A stretch of 64,000 nucleotides of DNA, from the NCBI GenBank assembly GCA_043228905.1, contig JBHGNT010000020.1, positions 5,208,001 through 5,272,000 of the forward strand, given 5' to 3'. The notes under the pieces are model-generated. The model saw only the letters and a program-made list of their open reading frames with translations, was not told where the DNA came from and did not search any database. How positions within the stretch are numbered: the stretch's first letter is position 1; the number at the start of each line of letters is the position of its first letter. The position numbers and the translations under genes are program-made. The DNA is from Azolla caroliniana (taxonomy: Eukaryota; Plantae; Polypodiophyta). Of this stretch, positions 50,434 to 61,769 are shown piece after piece.

Positions 50434-53400
50434 CTCTCTTGGTATCTTCTTTATGGATGCCGGAGAACCAACATTATACAAAGAAGCATTTGCATCTGCC
50501 AATTTGACCACCTGGCATCTAGTCATTGAGTCCGAAATGAACTCCATTCGAGCAAACCAAACTTGGGAGTTGGTCGAACTACCGAAAAATCGACTTGCTC
50601 TTCCATGCAAATGGGTCTATAGAATTGAAGAGATGTCCAATTCAGCCACCCCAAAATTCAAGGCCAGATTAGTTGCGAAAGGGTTTCGACAAGAATATGG
50701 TGTCGATTTTGACGAAATCTTGTCACCAGTAGTGAAAATGACAACGCTTCGATTGATGCTCAACGTAGTGGTAGCCAAAGATTTGGAGTTGATTCAGCTA
50801 GATGTCAAAATGGCTTTCCTCCATGGTGATCTTAAGGAGGAAATATATATGGAGCAGCCGGAAGGCTTCGTGGTATCCTTCCAAGAACATCTAGTTTGCC
50901 GACTTAGGAAGAGTCCTTATGGCCTGAAACAGGCACCACGACAGTGGTACAAGAAGTTCGACGACTTTATCCAATCGATCGGCTTCTCAAAGTGCGATGA
51001 GGACCACTGCCTCTTCACAAAAACAACTCAAGATGGATCACCCATCTTCCTCTTCATCTATGTGGACAACATGCTAATCTCTAAACGACATGCCAGAGAG
51101 CTCGCCGAACTCGTTCGACAACTGCAGTTGAAGTTTGCCATGAAAGATCTCGGTCCGATAAGACATATTCTAGGCATAAAGATTAGTCAAAATCGAAATT
51201 GAAGACAATTGTTTATGTGTTAATCCGACTACATTGACCGTGTCTTAGAACGCTTCAACATGCGATCGGCTAAATCTGCTTCAACCCCGCTCCCAATTAG
51301 TCTTCGGCTGTCTCATCGATATTGTCCGACATCCGATCCGGAGGGGGAAATCATGAAATCCGTATCATATGCACCGATAGTTGGCTCCTTGATGTACGTG
51401 ATGGTCGTGACAGAACCTGACATTGCTCACGTTGTAGGAGTTGTTAGCAGATTCATGCACAACCTTGGTCGGTCGCACTGGAACGTAGTAAAGCATGTGT
51501 TTAGATATTTGGTGGACACAAAAGATCTTGGTATTCTATTCAGCCCGAATGATATCTCATGCGTAGTCGGGTACACCGACTCGGACATTGTAGGTTGCAT
51601 AGACAACCGAATATTGTTTCAAATTTGGCAATGGAGCGATCTCGTGGAAATCGAAACTCCAAGAGTGCACCGCCACATCAACGATCGAGGCCAAATACAT
51701 AGCTGCGTCCGATGCAGCGAAAGAGGGTTTATGGCTCGGTCGGTTGGCGTGTACGTTTCGACAAGCTGAAATCGGCTTGGCTCTAGTTGTTCATAGTGAC
51801 AATCAGGGTATTGTCGCTTTGTCGAAAAATCCGGTTCATCACAACACCTCGAAGCACATCGACGTTCGATATCACTTTGTTTGGGACTATGTCATTTAAG
51901 GGAAAATCGGCCTCGAGAAGATATCTACAACCAGTAATGTCGCAGATGGGATGACCAAGTGTCTTTCGGCGGATCGATTTCAATCCCTTCGGCACAAGAT
52001 GGGCATAACGAAGAATCAGTTCGATTAAGTCAGACAGTTAGGATGTTTTCGAACAATCAACTTCGATAGTTCGAAGTTCGACCTTAGTTTCCACAACTTC
52101 GGCTAGCGGCCTTTTGTTTTTCGAAGTTCACCAACTCTAACGAAATTTCGATTTGCTCGAAAACCTTGTATCAATCTGTATTCTACATTCATTTCGATTT
52201 ACAGATTTTGAATGTATACGCCCATTACGAGGGAGTGTTGAATGTGGGTCTCTAATGGACGTATTCACACTATCTCCCTTTGTACACACTAGGTTTAGGC
52301 TATTTATGTAAATAGTGAGAAGGGTAGTTGCCCTAAGTTAGTGAGTATATAAACTGACCTTGTAACTTGGTTGAAAGTGGTTGATATTATTTAGTTCATC
52401 TTGTGCCCAATGTCTCTCTCTCTCATGCGTTCGACATGGTGGATCATTGTTTTATATCTCTATTGTCAATTCACTCCTGTGATTGTATTTGCTTATTGAT
52501 CTTCTATCAGAAGAGTGTTGATTTGTTCCGCACTAGACGACCGTGTCTCCAACAAGCACATGGCGTATGTGTATTAATTATTGACACTTAAATAAAGTGA
52601 CGATCAAGAATTCATATCCATTGCCCTGGGCTGACGATCTAATTAACCGTCTTTAGGGAGCTCGGTATTTTACGAAACTTGATCTCTGTACAAGCTACCA
52701 TCAAATTTGTATAAGTGAGGAAGATGTTCCTAAAATGACATTTCATACGTGCTATGGCCATTATGAGTTTTTGGTTATGCCTTTTGGTTTGATCAATGCT
52801 CCGACCAAATTTCAAGAAGAAATGAATGACATTTTCCGAGAACCTGTAAATTTTATTGCTATTTCTTGGATGATATTCTAGTTTATAGCCGTACATTAGA
52901 AGAACATGCTAAACATGTCTGCTTTGTTTTACAAACATTGCTTGACAAACAGTTTTACGCGAAGATCTCAAAATGTGAGTTCTTCAAGAAATCAATTACT
53001 TATCTTGGACATCTCATAAACGAACGAGGAGTTGAAATTGATCCTTCTTGCATCGAGAAAGTCAAACTTTGGCCCACTCTTCGGAATATTCAAGAAGTTC
53101 AATCATTCCTTGGTTTTCTCAAGTTTTTGTGAAAATGTCTACGTAATTACTCCCAATTGACGACACCGTTTACTGATCTTCTTAAAGGTCAAACACATAA
53201 GTCCACAAAACCTATTGTGTGGAATGCTACACTAGACCTCGCCTTTAAGGAACTCAAGGACTTGGTGTGCAAGGCTCCTTCACTTCTTTTACCAAATCCT
53301 TCAAAACCTTTTCAGGTTGAAACCGATGCAAGTGATTATGCTATAGGTGTTGTCTTATATCAAGATGGTAAACCAATAGCATTCGAGAGTAAGTAACTTG

Positions 53401-53803
53401 ATTCTGCTTAGTGTTGGCATACGGTTCAAGAAAAGGAATTATATGCAGTTATTCATGCGCTCAAGACATGGTGCCATTATCTTTATGGAAATCATTTTGT
53501 GGTAACTACGGATCACGCGTCCTTAAATTATTTTTGTGACCAACAAGACTTGAAAGGTCATAAGGCACGATGGGCAGATCTCATCCAGGACTTTGATTTT
53601 TCCATACGATATCATAAAGGTTCCATGAACACTGTCGCTGATGCACTAAGTTGCATCTGTGAAGTTAACATGCTTAGCTTCACTGAAATAACATCAAATC
53701 TTATGATTACCTTCGACGAAAGTATCCTGATGACATTTATTTTGCTAAATACTAGGCAATAGTTGAGTCTGGAACAGACACCACCACATCCTCGAAGGAA
53801 TAC

Positions 53804-56800
53804 TGTTATGTACACATAACGTTGGTGAGGGTGGGTCACCAATATTTACATTAGTGAAGGGTATGTTCACTAATGTTAAAAAGGGGAGTAATGATTGGAT
53901 ACAAGGAATGATAGGTGCATGCACTATCATGACTTGGACAACCAATGAATGGAGAGCCGTTTAAAAAGGCACATCTATTCAAGGGGCCTAGGAAAAGGTA
54001 TAAATATGAGGCTTAGCTACTGTCTTAGACACCGGTGGTGCGGGCTACGCTTTCATTTCGACAATCGTGTTTATCTCTTCCAAGGTATTAGTCATCCTAA
54101 TATCTGGCAGTATGGGACGTCGGTGGTAGGTTGGCTATGTCTAGATCATAGCTCGGGGGTGGAACGGGTTCTTCTATCCATTCTATTTTCCTTCTTTTAC
54201 TTTAGTTTGGTCTATTGATTAGTAATAAACTCTTAACAGTGGTATTAGAGCATTTACTAACTTTTCTTTTGTTGTTTTGATGTGTTTTGCGTGTGAGCGA
54301 TGGGGATCTAACAAGGATCGTCATGCTCTTTACAGGATCAAAACAACATTCTTAACCTGGTATTCTTCTTTCTCGATCTCTCTTTTATTTTCTATGATGC
54401 TTTCTTCTTGGTCATATGGAAGTGACATTACATTTTCTTTTCTTTTCTTTTCTTTCTTCTTTCTACCATCATACGATGTTAATCTACTTATGAATCTGGT
54501 CGAGCATGTTTGCACTAATTGCACACGCTCAACTCATGGCCCTTTTCCATATTGCGATGTATCTCCCTCTCCCCTCTCTTACGATAATAATTATTCTTGT
54601 GCATCGGGTTGAGTGTGTTTGCCCTAATCGCACATGCTCACCTCATGGCCCTTTTGCATATGATGTTGAGTATGCCACTCTTCCCTTTATTGAGCCATCA
54701 CTTGGCTGATTCTATGGGATGTTGTGGTCTTCACAATGTGTATGTCGCCTACCTATGCCACTCTACTCTCTATTTAGCCATCACTTGTCCGATTCTATGG
54801 GATGTTGTGGTCTTAACGAGGTATATGCCGCTTACCTTTGCCACTTTACTCTTTATTGAGCCATCAATTGGCCGATTCTAGGGAGATGTGGTGGTCTTGA
54901 GGAGGTGCATGTCGACTACCTTAGGGTTTCATACCTTAAGGCATGCTTAATGATTCATACACCTAATTAATTATTATTCTAATTAATTTCTAATTACACA
55001 AATTTTCGTTTCACTTTTGTATGATTTTCTATTAATTGTCATTTACCCACCCACAATTAACTCTCTTTCTTGCCCTTATTTTAAGTTCATCTACACTATT
55101 TACGTACGTTTAATGGTGTAACGATTCATGTAGATTATTTTTTAATATTGAGTGGGCATCATGTCGTTTTCTGAACGATTTTTTACAACGGCTCATCTAG
55201 GTTTAACTCATATTATCAAGCCTTAGAACTCAAGTAAAACCACATGAGTTCCCCTATTTGATGTTTTACTCATAGATTTGAGTTCTACATCTTTGCACAC
55301 AACACCACCGCCACTTGTATCAATTTGTAGCTTATGTCACAATTGTGCAAATTAAAACCACCATATTGGGATGTATATGTGCATACCTCACACCATCCAT
55401 TTATTTGCAAGTGCACTTGTTTTTTCACGTAATACACTTTCTTGACCATATCAATACATGTTGGGTTGGCATTCTAATATAAGGCTAAGTAGGAAACTAC
55501 GTTGATGTTAGAACCATGGTTTACTCAAGATAGAGATCCGAGAAAGACATCTTAGCTATGTTTGCCCCCATGGTTTTTAAAACACCATAGTGTTACCATA
55601 GTTATCGGATCTCCAATCACATCTCATATGTCTAGAGGGGTAAAGACGTGAGATGCTTTCTTGGTAAAGTTCTTACAATAAAAATTTCAAGAATTGACTA
55701 TTAAGTCCAAGAAAGAAGGTGAACCTTCTTTCATAGTAACACCATTCAAGGGAGATAAGAATTGGAAAGGAAAAACATCTCAATACTTACAATGTCAGAT
55801 TAATAAGTCGGAACGACTTAAAGCTGTGGGTCTTTTACATCCCTTAGATATTGCGAACAAAAAATGGGAAAGTATCTTGATGGATTTTAGTGTTAGTTTA
55901 CCTCGTACATAGAGGGGTCATGATGCCATTTGGGTTGTCATTGACAGACTAACAAAATTGGCTAGATTTATTCCTACGAAAACCACAATAACCACTCAAC
56001 AATTGGCTTATAAATATGTTGATGAGTTATTTCGCTTTTATGGATTACCGATGGATATTATTAGTGATCGAGATTCCAAGTTTACTAGTTACTTTTGGAC
56101 TCATGTCTTTAAGAAACTAGAAACTACGTTGATCATGAGTTCCGCAGCTCATCCTCAGTCTGATGGACAAACTGAACGAGTTAATCAAATTATTGAGGAC
56201 ATGCTTCGAGCTTATGTAGCAAAAACCCCTTCTAAGTGGGAGCAATACCTTCCTATCTTAGAATTTACCTATAATAACTCTAAATATACATCGACTAGAT
56301 ATAATCCTTTTATGTCGATCTATGGTTTTTCAGCCACGTGCCCCAGTTGATGTCACGATTAGACAGTACACGCAATTTTTTGAAGGACATGAACCAAATG
56401 TTGCATATTGCCAAAGAGATTGTCAAGGCAACTCATGATCGTGCTCGATTTTATGCTGATCAGGATAGACGTCCTCCTGCATTTACTATTGATCAAAAAG
56501 TTTTTTTGCGTGTCCCTACTAACTCTACGTCATTGTCTATGGGCAAGTGCCCTAAGTTAGCCCCATGATATTGTGGCCCATTTGAAATCCTTAAGCGGGT
56601 TGGATCATCTACTTATCACCTTGCCTTACCCCGTAACGTTGGTATTCATCCTGTTTTTCACGTCAGTCATCTAAAACCATTTTTAGGCTCTGGTGATAAC
56701 ACCATCACAATCCAAGATCTTGTAACATGAGAGGATTTTTCTTACAAACCTCATGTTCCTGAACGAATTCTTGATTCTCGTACTAAACGTTTACGTTCTA

Positions 56801-57351
56801 AAGAGATTCGGCTATTCAAGATCAAATGGATGGATAAACCTAGTGATGATGCCACATGGGAACGTGCGCATACTCTTAAGGCACAATTTCCTCACTTTAT
56901 ATTGCAAGAGTGCCATCTTTTGAAGTAGGGGAGTATGTTATGTACACATAACGTGGGTGAGGGTAGGTCACCAATATTTACATTAGTGAAGGGTATGGTA
57001 TGTTCACTAATGTTAAAAAGGGGACTAATGATTGGATAGAAGGAATGATAGGTGCATGCACTACCATGATTTGGACAACCAATGAATGGAGAGCCTTTTA
57101 CAAACGCACATCTATTCAAGGGGCTTAGGAATATGAGGCTTAGCTACCCTCATAATCACATTACATCGGAAGGCTACTATCTTAGACACCGGTGGTGCAG
57201 GCTAGGCTTACGTCTCGACGATCGTGTTTATCTCTTCCAAGGTATTAGTCATCCTAATATCCGACGGTATGGGACGTCGATGTTAGGTTGGTTTATGTCT
57301 AGATCATAGCTACTTTAGTTTGGTCTATTGATTAGTAATAGACTCTTAACA
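53804..57351 (+). mobile_element. Internally deleted chromoviral Gypsy related to A (leader, INT, chromodomain)
   Basis: LTRs 53804-54238 and 56936-57351; TSD AATAC; PBS TGGTATTAGAGC at 54240; PPT at about 56923. INT (SDRDSKFTS, HPQSDGQTER) and chromodomain (IKWMDKPSDDATWE). Leader shares CCCCATGGTTTTTAAAACACCA with A (about 28685 and 55567). Confidence 0.92.
54673..54922. repeat. Three ~83-bp degenerate tandem units in the leader of the deleted Gypsy
   Basis: GCCATCA..GATTCTA..GATG..GTGGTCTT at 54694, 54777 and 54860. Confidence 0.8.
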
Positions 57352-59770
57352 AATACTTCCACATTGCTAACAGTTTGCTCTACTGTAATGTGATGGTTTG
57401 TGTTCCAAATTTGCTTGAGGTTAAAAAGAGAATTCTTTTTGAATGCCATGATGCCACGGTAATAGCTCTTGGATTGGCTTACCAATTTGTTGACGAGTTA
57501 TATCATTTTTATGGGTTACCGATGGATATCGTGAGTGATTAAGATCCAAAGTTTACTAACGACTTTTGGACGCAAGTCTTTAGGAAGTTAGAAACTATAT
57601 TGAGCATGAGCTCCACGAAGCATCCTCAATCCGATGGACATATAGAACGAGTAAATCAAATTATTAAGGACATGCTCCGTGCATATGTTGGTACAAAACC
57701 AACAAAATGGGAACATTATCTCCCAATTTTGGAGTTTGCTTATAACAACTGCAAGCATACATCGACGGGATATAGTCCTTTTATGTTGATGTATGGTTTT
57801 TAGCCACGAGCCCCGATTGATGTTAATATACATCATGATGAGTTGCGAAGTACGCAAAACTTTCTTTGAGATATGCAAGATATGTTGCATATTGCACGAG
57901 ATAATATAAAAACATCTCAAGATAGAGCGCATTTTTATGCCGATCATAATAGGTAACCTTGTGTATTCAACCCTAGACAGAAGGTATTTTTACATGTACC
58001 TCACAATTTTAAGAAATTGTCTATGGGTAAGTGTGCTAAGTTAGCCCCACGGTTTTGTGGACCTTTTACAGTCCTCAAACGCATTGGTTCATCAGCCTAT
58101 TGTCTCGCTCTTCCTGATGGCGTTGAAATCCATCTAGTTTTCATGTAAGTCGTCTAAAAGAACTTCTAGGTTCTGGCATCAATATAGTTACAACTGAAAC
58201 TCTAGTTACTTCTGAAGAATTATCTTCTAAACCACATGTACTAGAAAGAATTCTCAATGTTAAAACAAAAAATTTGTGTTCTAAAATAATTCGAGAATTC
58301 AAAATTAAATGGATGGATAAATCTATCAAAGATGCCACATGGGAACACGAAAATACTCTTAGAACTAACTGCCCTAACTTTCCATTGCAAGAGTGCAATG
58401 TTTTAAAGAGGGGGTTATGTTACGGGCATGACCATATAATATCCCGTGGTGAGAATTTACAATAGTATTCTATACACGTGGATAAAGTGTGAGGGTTAAA
58501 TGAGAGTGTAAAGAAGAGGAGGATTACTTTTATATTGAGACAACCCATTAGGCCAAGTGTGAACTTACTTGGGGGAACTTAGGTCTGGCTATAAATATGA
58601 GGCCTAGCTACCCACATTTTGACAAGAAACGAATCGTCAATCCACAAGAAAGGAATATGCTAAAATACAAAACTCGAAAACACAGAAAAAACAACAAGAT
58701 GAATAGAAAGTACAGTGCATAGATTTACGTGGAAACCCTAAAGCAGAAGAAAACCACGGGAGAACACAAATTCACTATATAGTGGATGTACAAGGGAGAA
58801 GATTACAACACTCTCTACTGTGGAGTGTATCAACCTCACAGGGCTCTTGGCGTCTGTTGTTATGAACACAACTATGGAGCTGCTATCACGCTCTTCTCTC
58901 ACTCTCTCAAATAACAAACACTAATCACTTATTCTGTTCAACTCTTTCCCTATGCTTTTTGTCCTAGATGTATTTATACTTATACATCATATGGGCTATT
59001 TACAAGTGTAGCCCCTACTACACATCGTTACTATTATCATTATCATTACAATAATTATAATCGAAAGTTAATCAGTCGGTTGTCTACTGTCAACTCTTCG
59101 ACTCTCGGTACTCGACCCGAAAAATTGGCTCCTCGTCTTCAACCGTTGTCTCTTCTAGGCACGAAGAGTCGGCTCCTCCCACTAGAGGGACATATTCTCA
59201 ACAAACTCCCCGTTCACTCTAGTGGGAGGGAATCGGTAAGTCCTGTCTTTTGTCGACAGACTTTGAGTCTGTCCATCGACAAGTTCTTTGTCACCATGTC
59301 GGATCCATTGTCATCAATATGGATCTTCATGAGGGTAAACTCTCCTTCATCGAATTTCTCCCTCAACCAATGATACCTTCTCTATATATGCTTGGTCTGG
59401 GAGTAGTAGTACTCGGCATTCTTTGTTAGATGTATGTCACTCTGGCTGTCATAATAAAGCAAGGACTCCCTTTGCTTCATCCCTAACTCACTGAGAAAGG
59501 TTCTCATCCAGACTAGCTCTTTGCGCCGCCTCTACTGCTGCCATGTACTCTGCCTCTATGGTCGACAAAGCCACAGACTTCTGCAGTCATGACTGCCATG
59601 ACACGGCCCCCCCTGCATAGGTCATCACGTACCCTGACGTGGATTGGCTTGAGTTTACATCCCCTGACAAGTCCGAGTCAGTAAAACCTTCGAGCATGGG
59701 TTTTCCAACATACCTTGGGCATACCCTCGAGGTGCCTTTTAAGTACGTGAGTATCCACTTCACTGCTGCC

Positions 59771-60153
59771 TGTTGAGAGACAAACTCAACATCGACCGGA
59801 TCGGCTAAAGAAGCCGAGGACCGGATCGGTTGGGACCGATCGGTTAGGCCGTTAGGAAAGATATTCCGTGAGGAATATATTTGGGATTTAGTGAAGGAGC
59901 TCTTAATGAGCATTGAAGTACTATCAATACTTCGGTCAGTCCTTCTAGGACTTGTATAAAAGTGTTCATTGAACACACATATGTATAGAGAGTAGTGAAT
60001 AGAGTGTTGAATATAGTTTTTTGTCTTTTATCTCTCTCTCTCTCTCTCTCTGTCTCTCCCGCGTATACCATGTAAGCTCAAGCTCTCCATTAAACCTGAG
60101 TTTCCTTCCTTCTGTTCTGTCTTCATACTTGCTTCCGCACGCTACTTTCTACA
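59771..60153 (+). mobile_element. Solo LTR of the Copia B/D family group
   Basis: TGTTGAGAGACAA...TTCTACA with TSD CTGCC on both sides; termini match Copia D LTRs; no PBS or PPT. Confidence 0.92.
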
Positions 60154-60993
60154 CTGCCAAATGTTCTCTTCCTGGATAACTCATGTATCGGGTTACTGTT
60201 CCCACAACTAAAGCTATGTCTGGTCTCGTGCAGACCATAGCATACATTAGACTTCTGATGGTTCAGGCATATGGTACTTTCCTCATCTTAGCCTTTTCTT
60301 TCTCCCCTCTCGGGCATGGCTTAGTATTTAACTTGAATTGGTCGACAACACAGAGTCGAACAACTTTGCTTCCGACATGTTGAACCTCTCTAAGATCTTT
60401 TTCATATACTTCTGTTGTGACAACCACAACACTTTCTTAGTGTTATCTTGAACTATATGCATCCCTAAGATCTGCTTTGCTAGTCCAAGATCTTTCATGG
60501 CAAACGACTTGCCTAATGCTTTCTTCTAGCTACCGATCTTCCTTGTATCTTGACTGACTATCAACATGTCATCTACATATAATAACAGAATCAAGAAGTC
60601 TCCTTCATCGTACCTTTTTTCTGAACATACAATGATCATCCTATGTTTTCTGGAACCTATGTTCCACCATGAAGAACTCGAACTTCTTGTACCATTGGCG
60701 TGGAGCTTGCTTCAAATCATACAAGCTTTTCTTCAGTCGACACACCAGGTTCTCTTTCCCTTTCTCCTCAAAGCCTCCGGGTTGATGCATGTAGATCTCT
60801 TCATCTAGCTCCCTATGCAAGAATGTTGTCTTGACATCCAATTGTTTGATGTTTATGTCCATCCATGTTGGCAGCTATGCTCAAAACAGTTCGAATGGAT
60901 GTCATCTTCATGACTGGTGCGAAAATCTCATCGAAGTCGACACCCTTTTTTTGTTGGAACCCCTTTACCACTATGCAGGCTTTATACCTAGGC

Positions 60994-61353
60994 GCCCTGT
61001 CGACTTCTCTAGTCTTCACCTTATAGACCCATTCGTTCCTGAGTGCCCCCTTACCTTTCGGTAATTCTACCAAGTTGTAGGTGTAGTTTTAATGCAAGGA
61101 GTCCATCTCTTCTTGCATTGCACTCACCCATCTTTCTCTATTCTTGTCGACAATGGCTTTGTCATAGCACTCTGCCCTGTCGACTTCTCTAGTCTTCACC
61201 TTATAGACCCATTCGTTCCTGAGTGCTCACTTACCTTTCGGTAATTCTACCAAGTTGTAGGTGTAGTTTTAATGCAAGGAGTCCATCTCTTCTTGCATTG
61301 CACTCACCCATCTTTCTCTATTCTTGTCGACAATGGCTTCGTCATAGCACTCT
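60994..61353. repeat. 180-bp tandem duplication inside the Copia G RT N-terminal region
   Basis: GCCCTGTCGACTTCTCTAG...GTCATAGCACTCT at 60994 and 61174. Confidence 0.9.
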
Positions 61354-61769
61354 GGTTCACCTTCATCAGTCAAGAGGACGTATTGACTGGCATAATTTGT
61401 CGGTGCTTTCCTCGCTTTAAGTGGGTATCTCCTTCCACTCATTGTTGGCCCTTGTTTGGATGTCTTTGCCAACTCTTGTCTTTGCTAGGGTTCATTCATG
61501 TCGATCTGTTTCCGGATGTCCACTGACTCCGATTCATATTCTTCGATAGAGTTCAATAGGTCTGGTGATTCTGACTCATAGGTCGGTTGCTCTGAGTCGA
61601 CGAACTCCAATTCAGCTCTTCTATCTAGCTGTTTCCGATTAGTCGATTGTGTCGGTTCAGCTAGTCTTAAGGTGGTAGTCGAGGGCGACTAAGGAGTCGA
61701 TTCCGACTTTTGTTTCTTCTAGTCCTCAATTGTTTTGACTTCCAAGAAAACTACAACCTGACTTCACAC

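Larger units (their letters stand above)
30647..52554 (+). mobile_element. Ty1/Copia C (Tork/Tnt1-like), interrupted; inserted in the RT of Gypsy A
   Basis: LTRs 30647-31024 and 52236-52554; PBS at 31027; decayed TSD GGCAT/AGCAC restores the host frame KKEG|TWRMC. Pieces: gag/PR 31250-32112 (LLMSSLPPSWETFV, WFLDSGASYH); INT 37702-38900; RT/RH 50434-52030 (DAGEP, QLDVKMAFLHG, IYVDNML). Confidence 0.9.
20983..58619 (+). mobile_element. Large chromoviral Ty3/Gypsy A, degenerate and heavily interrupted
   Basis: 5' LTR 20983-21432 (TGTTACGGGCATG...CAACA) with decayed iMet PBS TAGTATTAGAGC. The same LTR start occurs at 58418 after PPT AAGAGGGGGTTA. Pieces: gag about 28880-29700; PR and RT start 29697-30646; RT/RH 52560-53798; INT and chromodomain (IKWMDKSIKDATWEHE) 57357-58417. 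The 3' LTR is cut at 58619. Confidence 0.85.
58620..61769 (-). mobile_element. Ty1/Copia G (Tork-like), 3' half; continues beyond nested inserts and the window edge
   Basis: 3' LTR 58620-59203 (minus strand TGTTGAG...TTGTCA), PPT GGGGAGTT at 59204. RH, RT (QLDVKTTFLH, YVDDML) and LTDEGEPECYDEA fragments. Inserted in the 3' LTR of Gypsy A. Confidence 0.85.
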
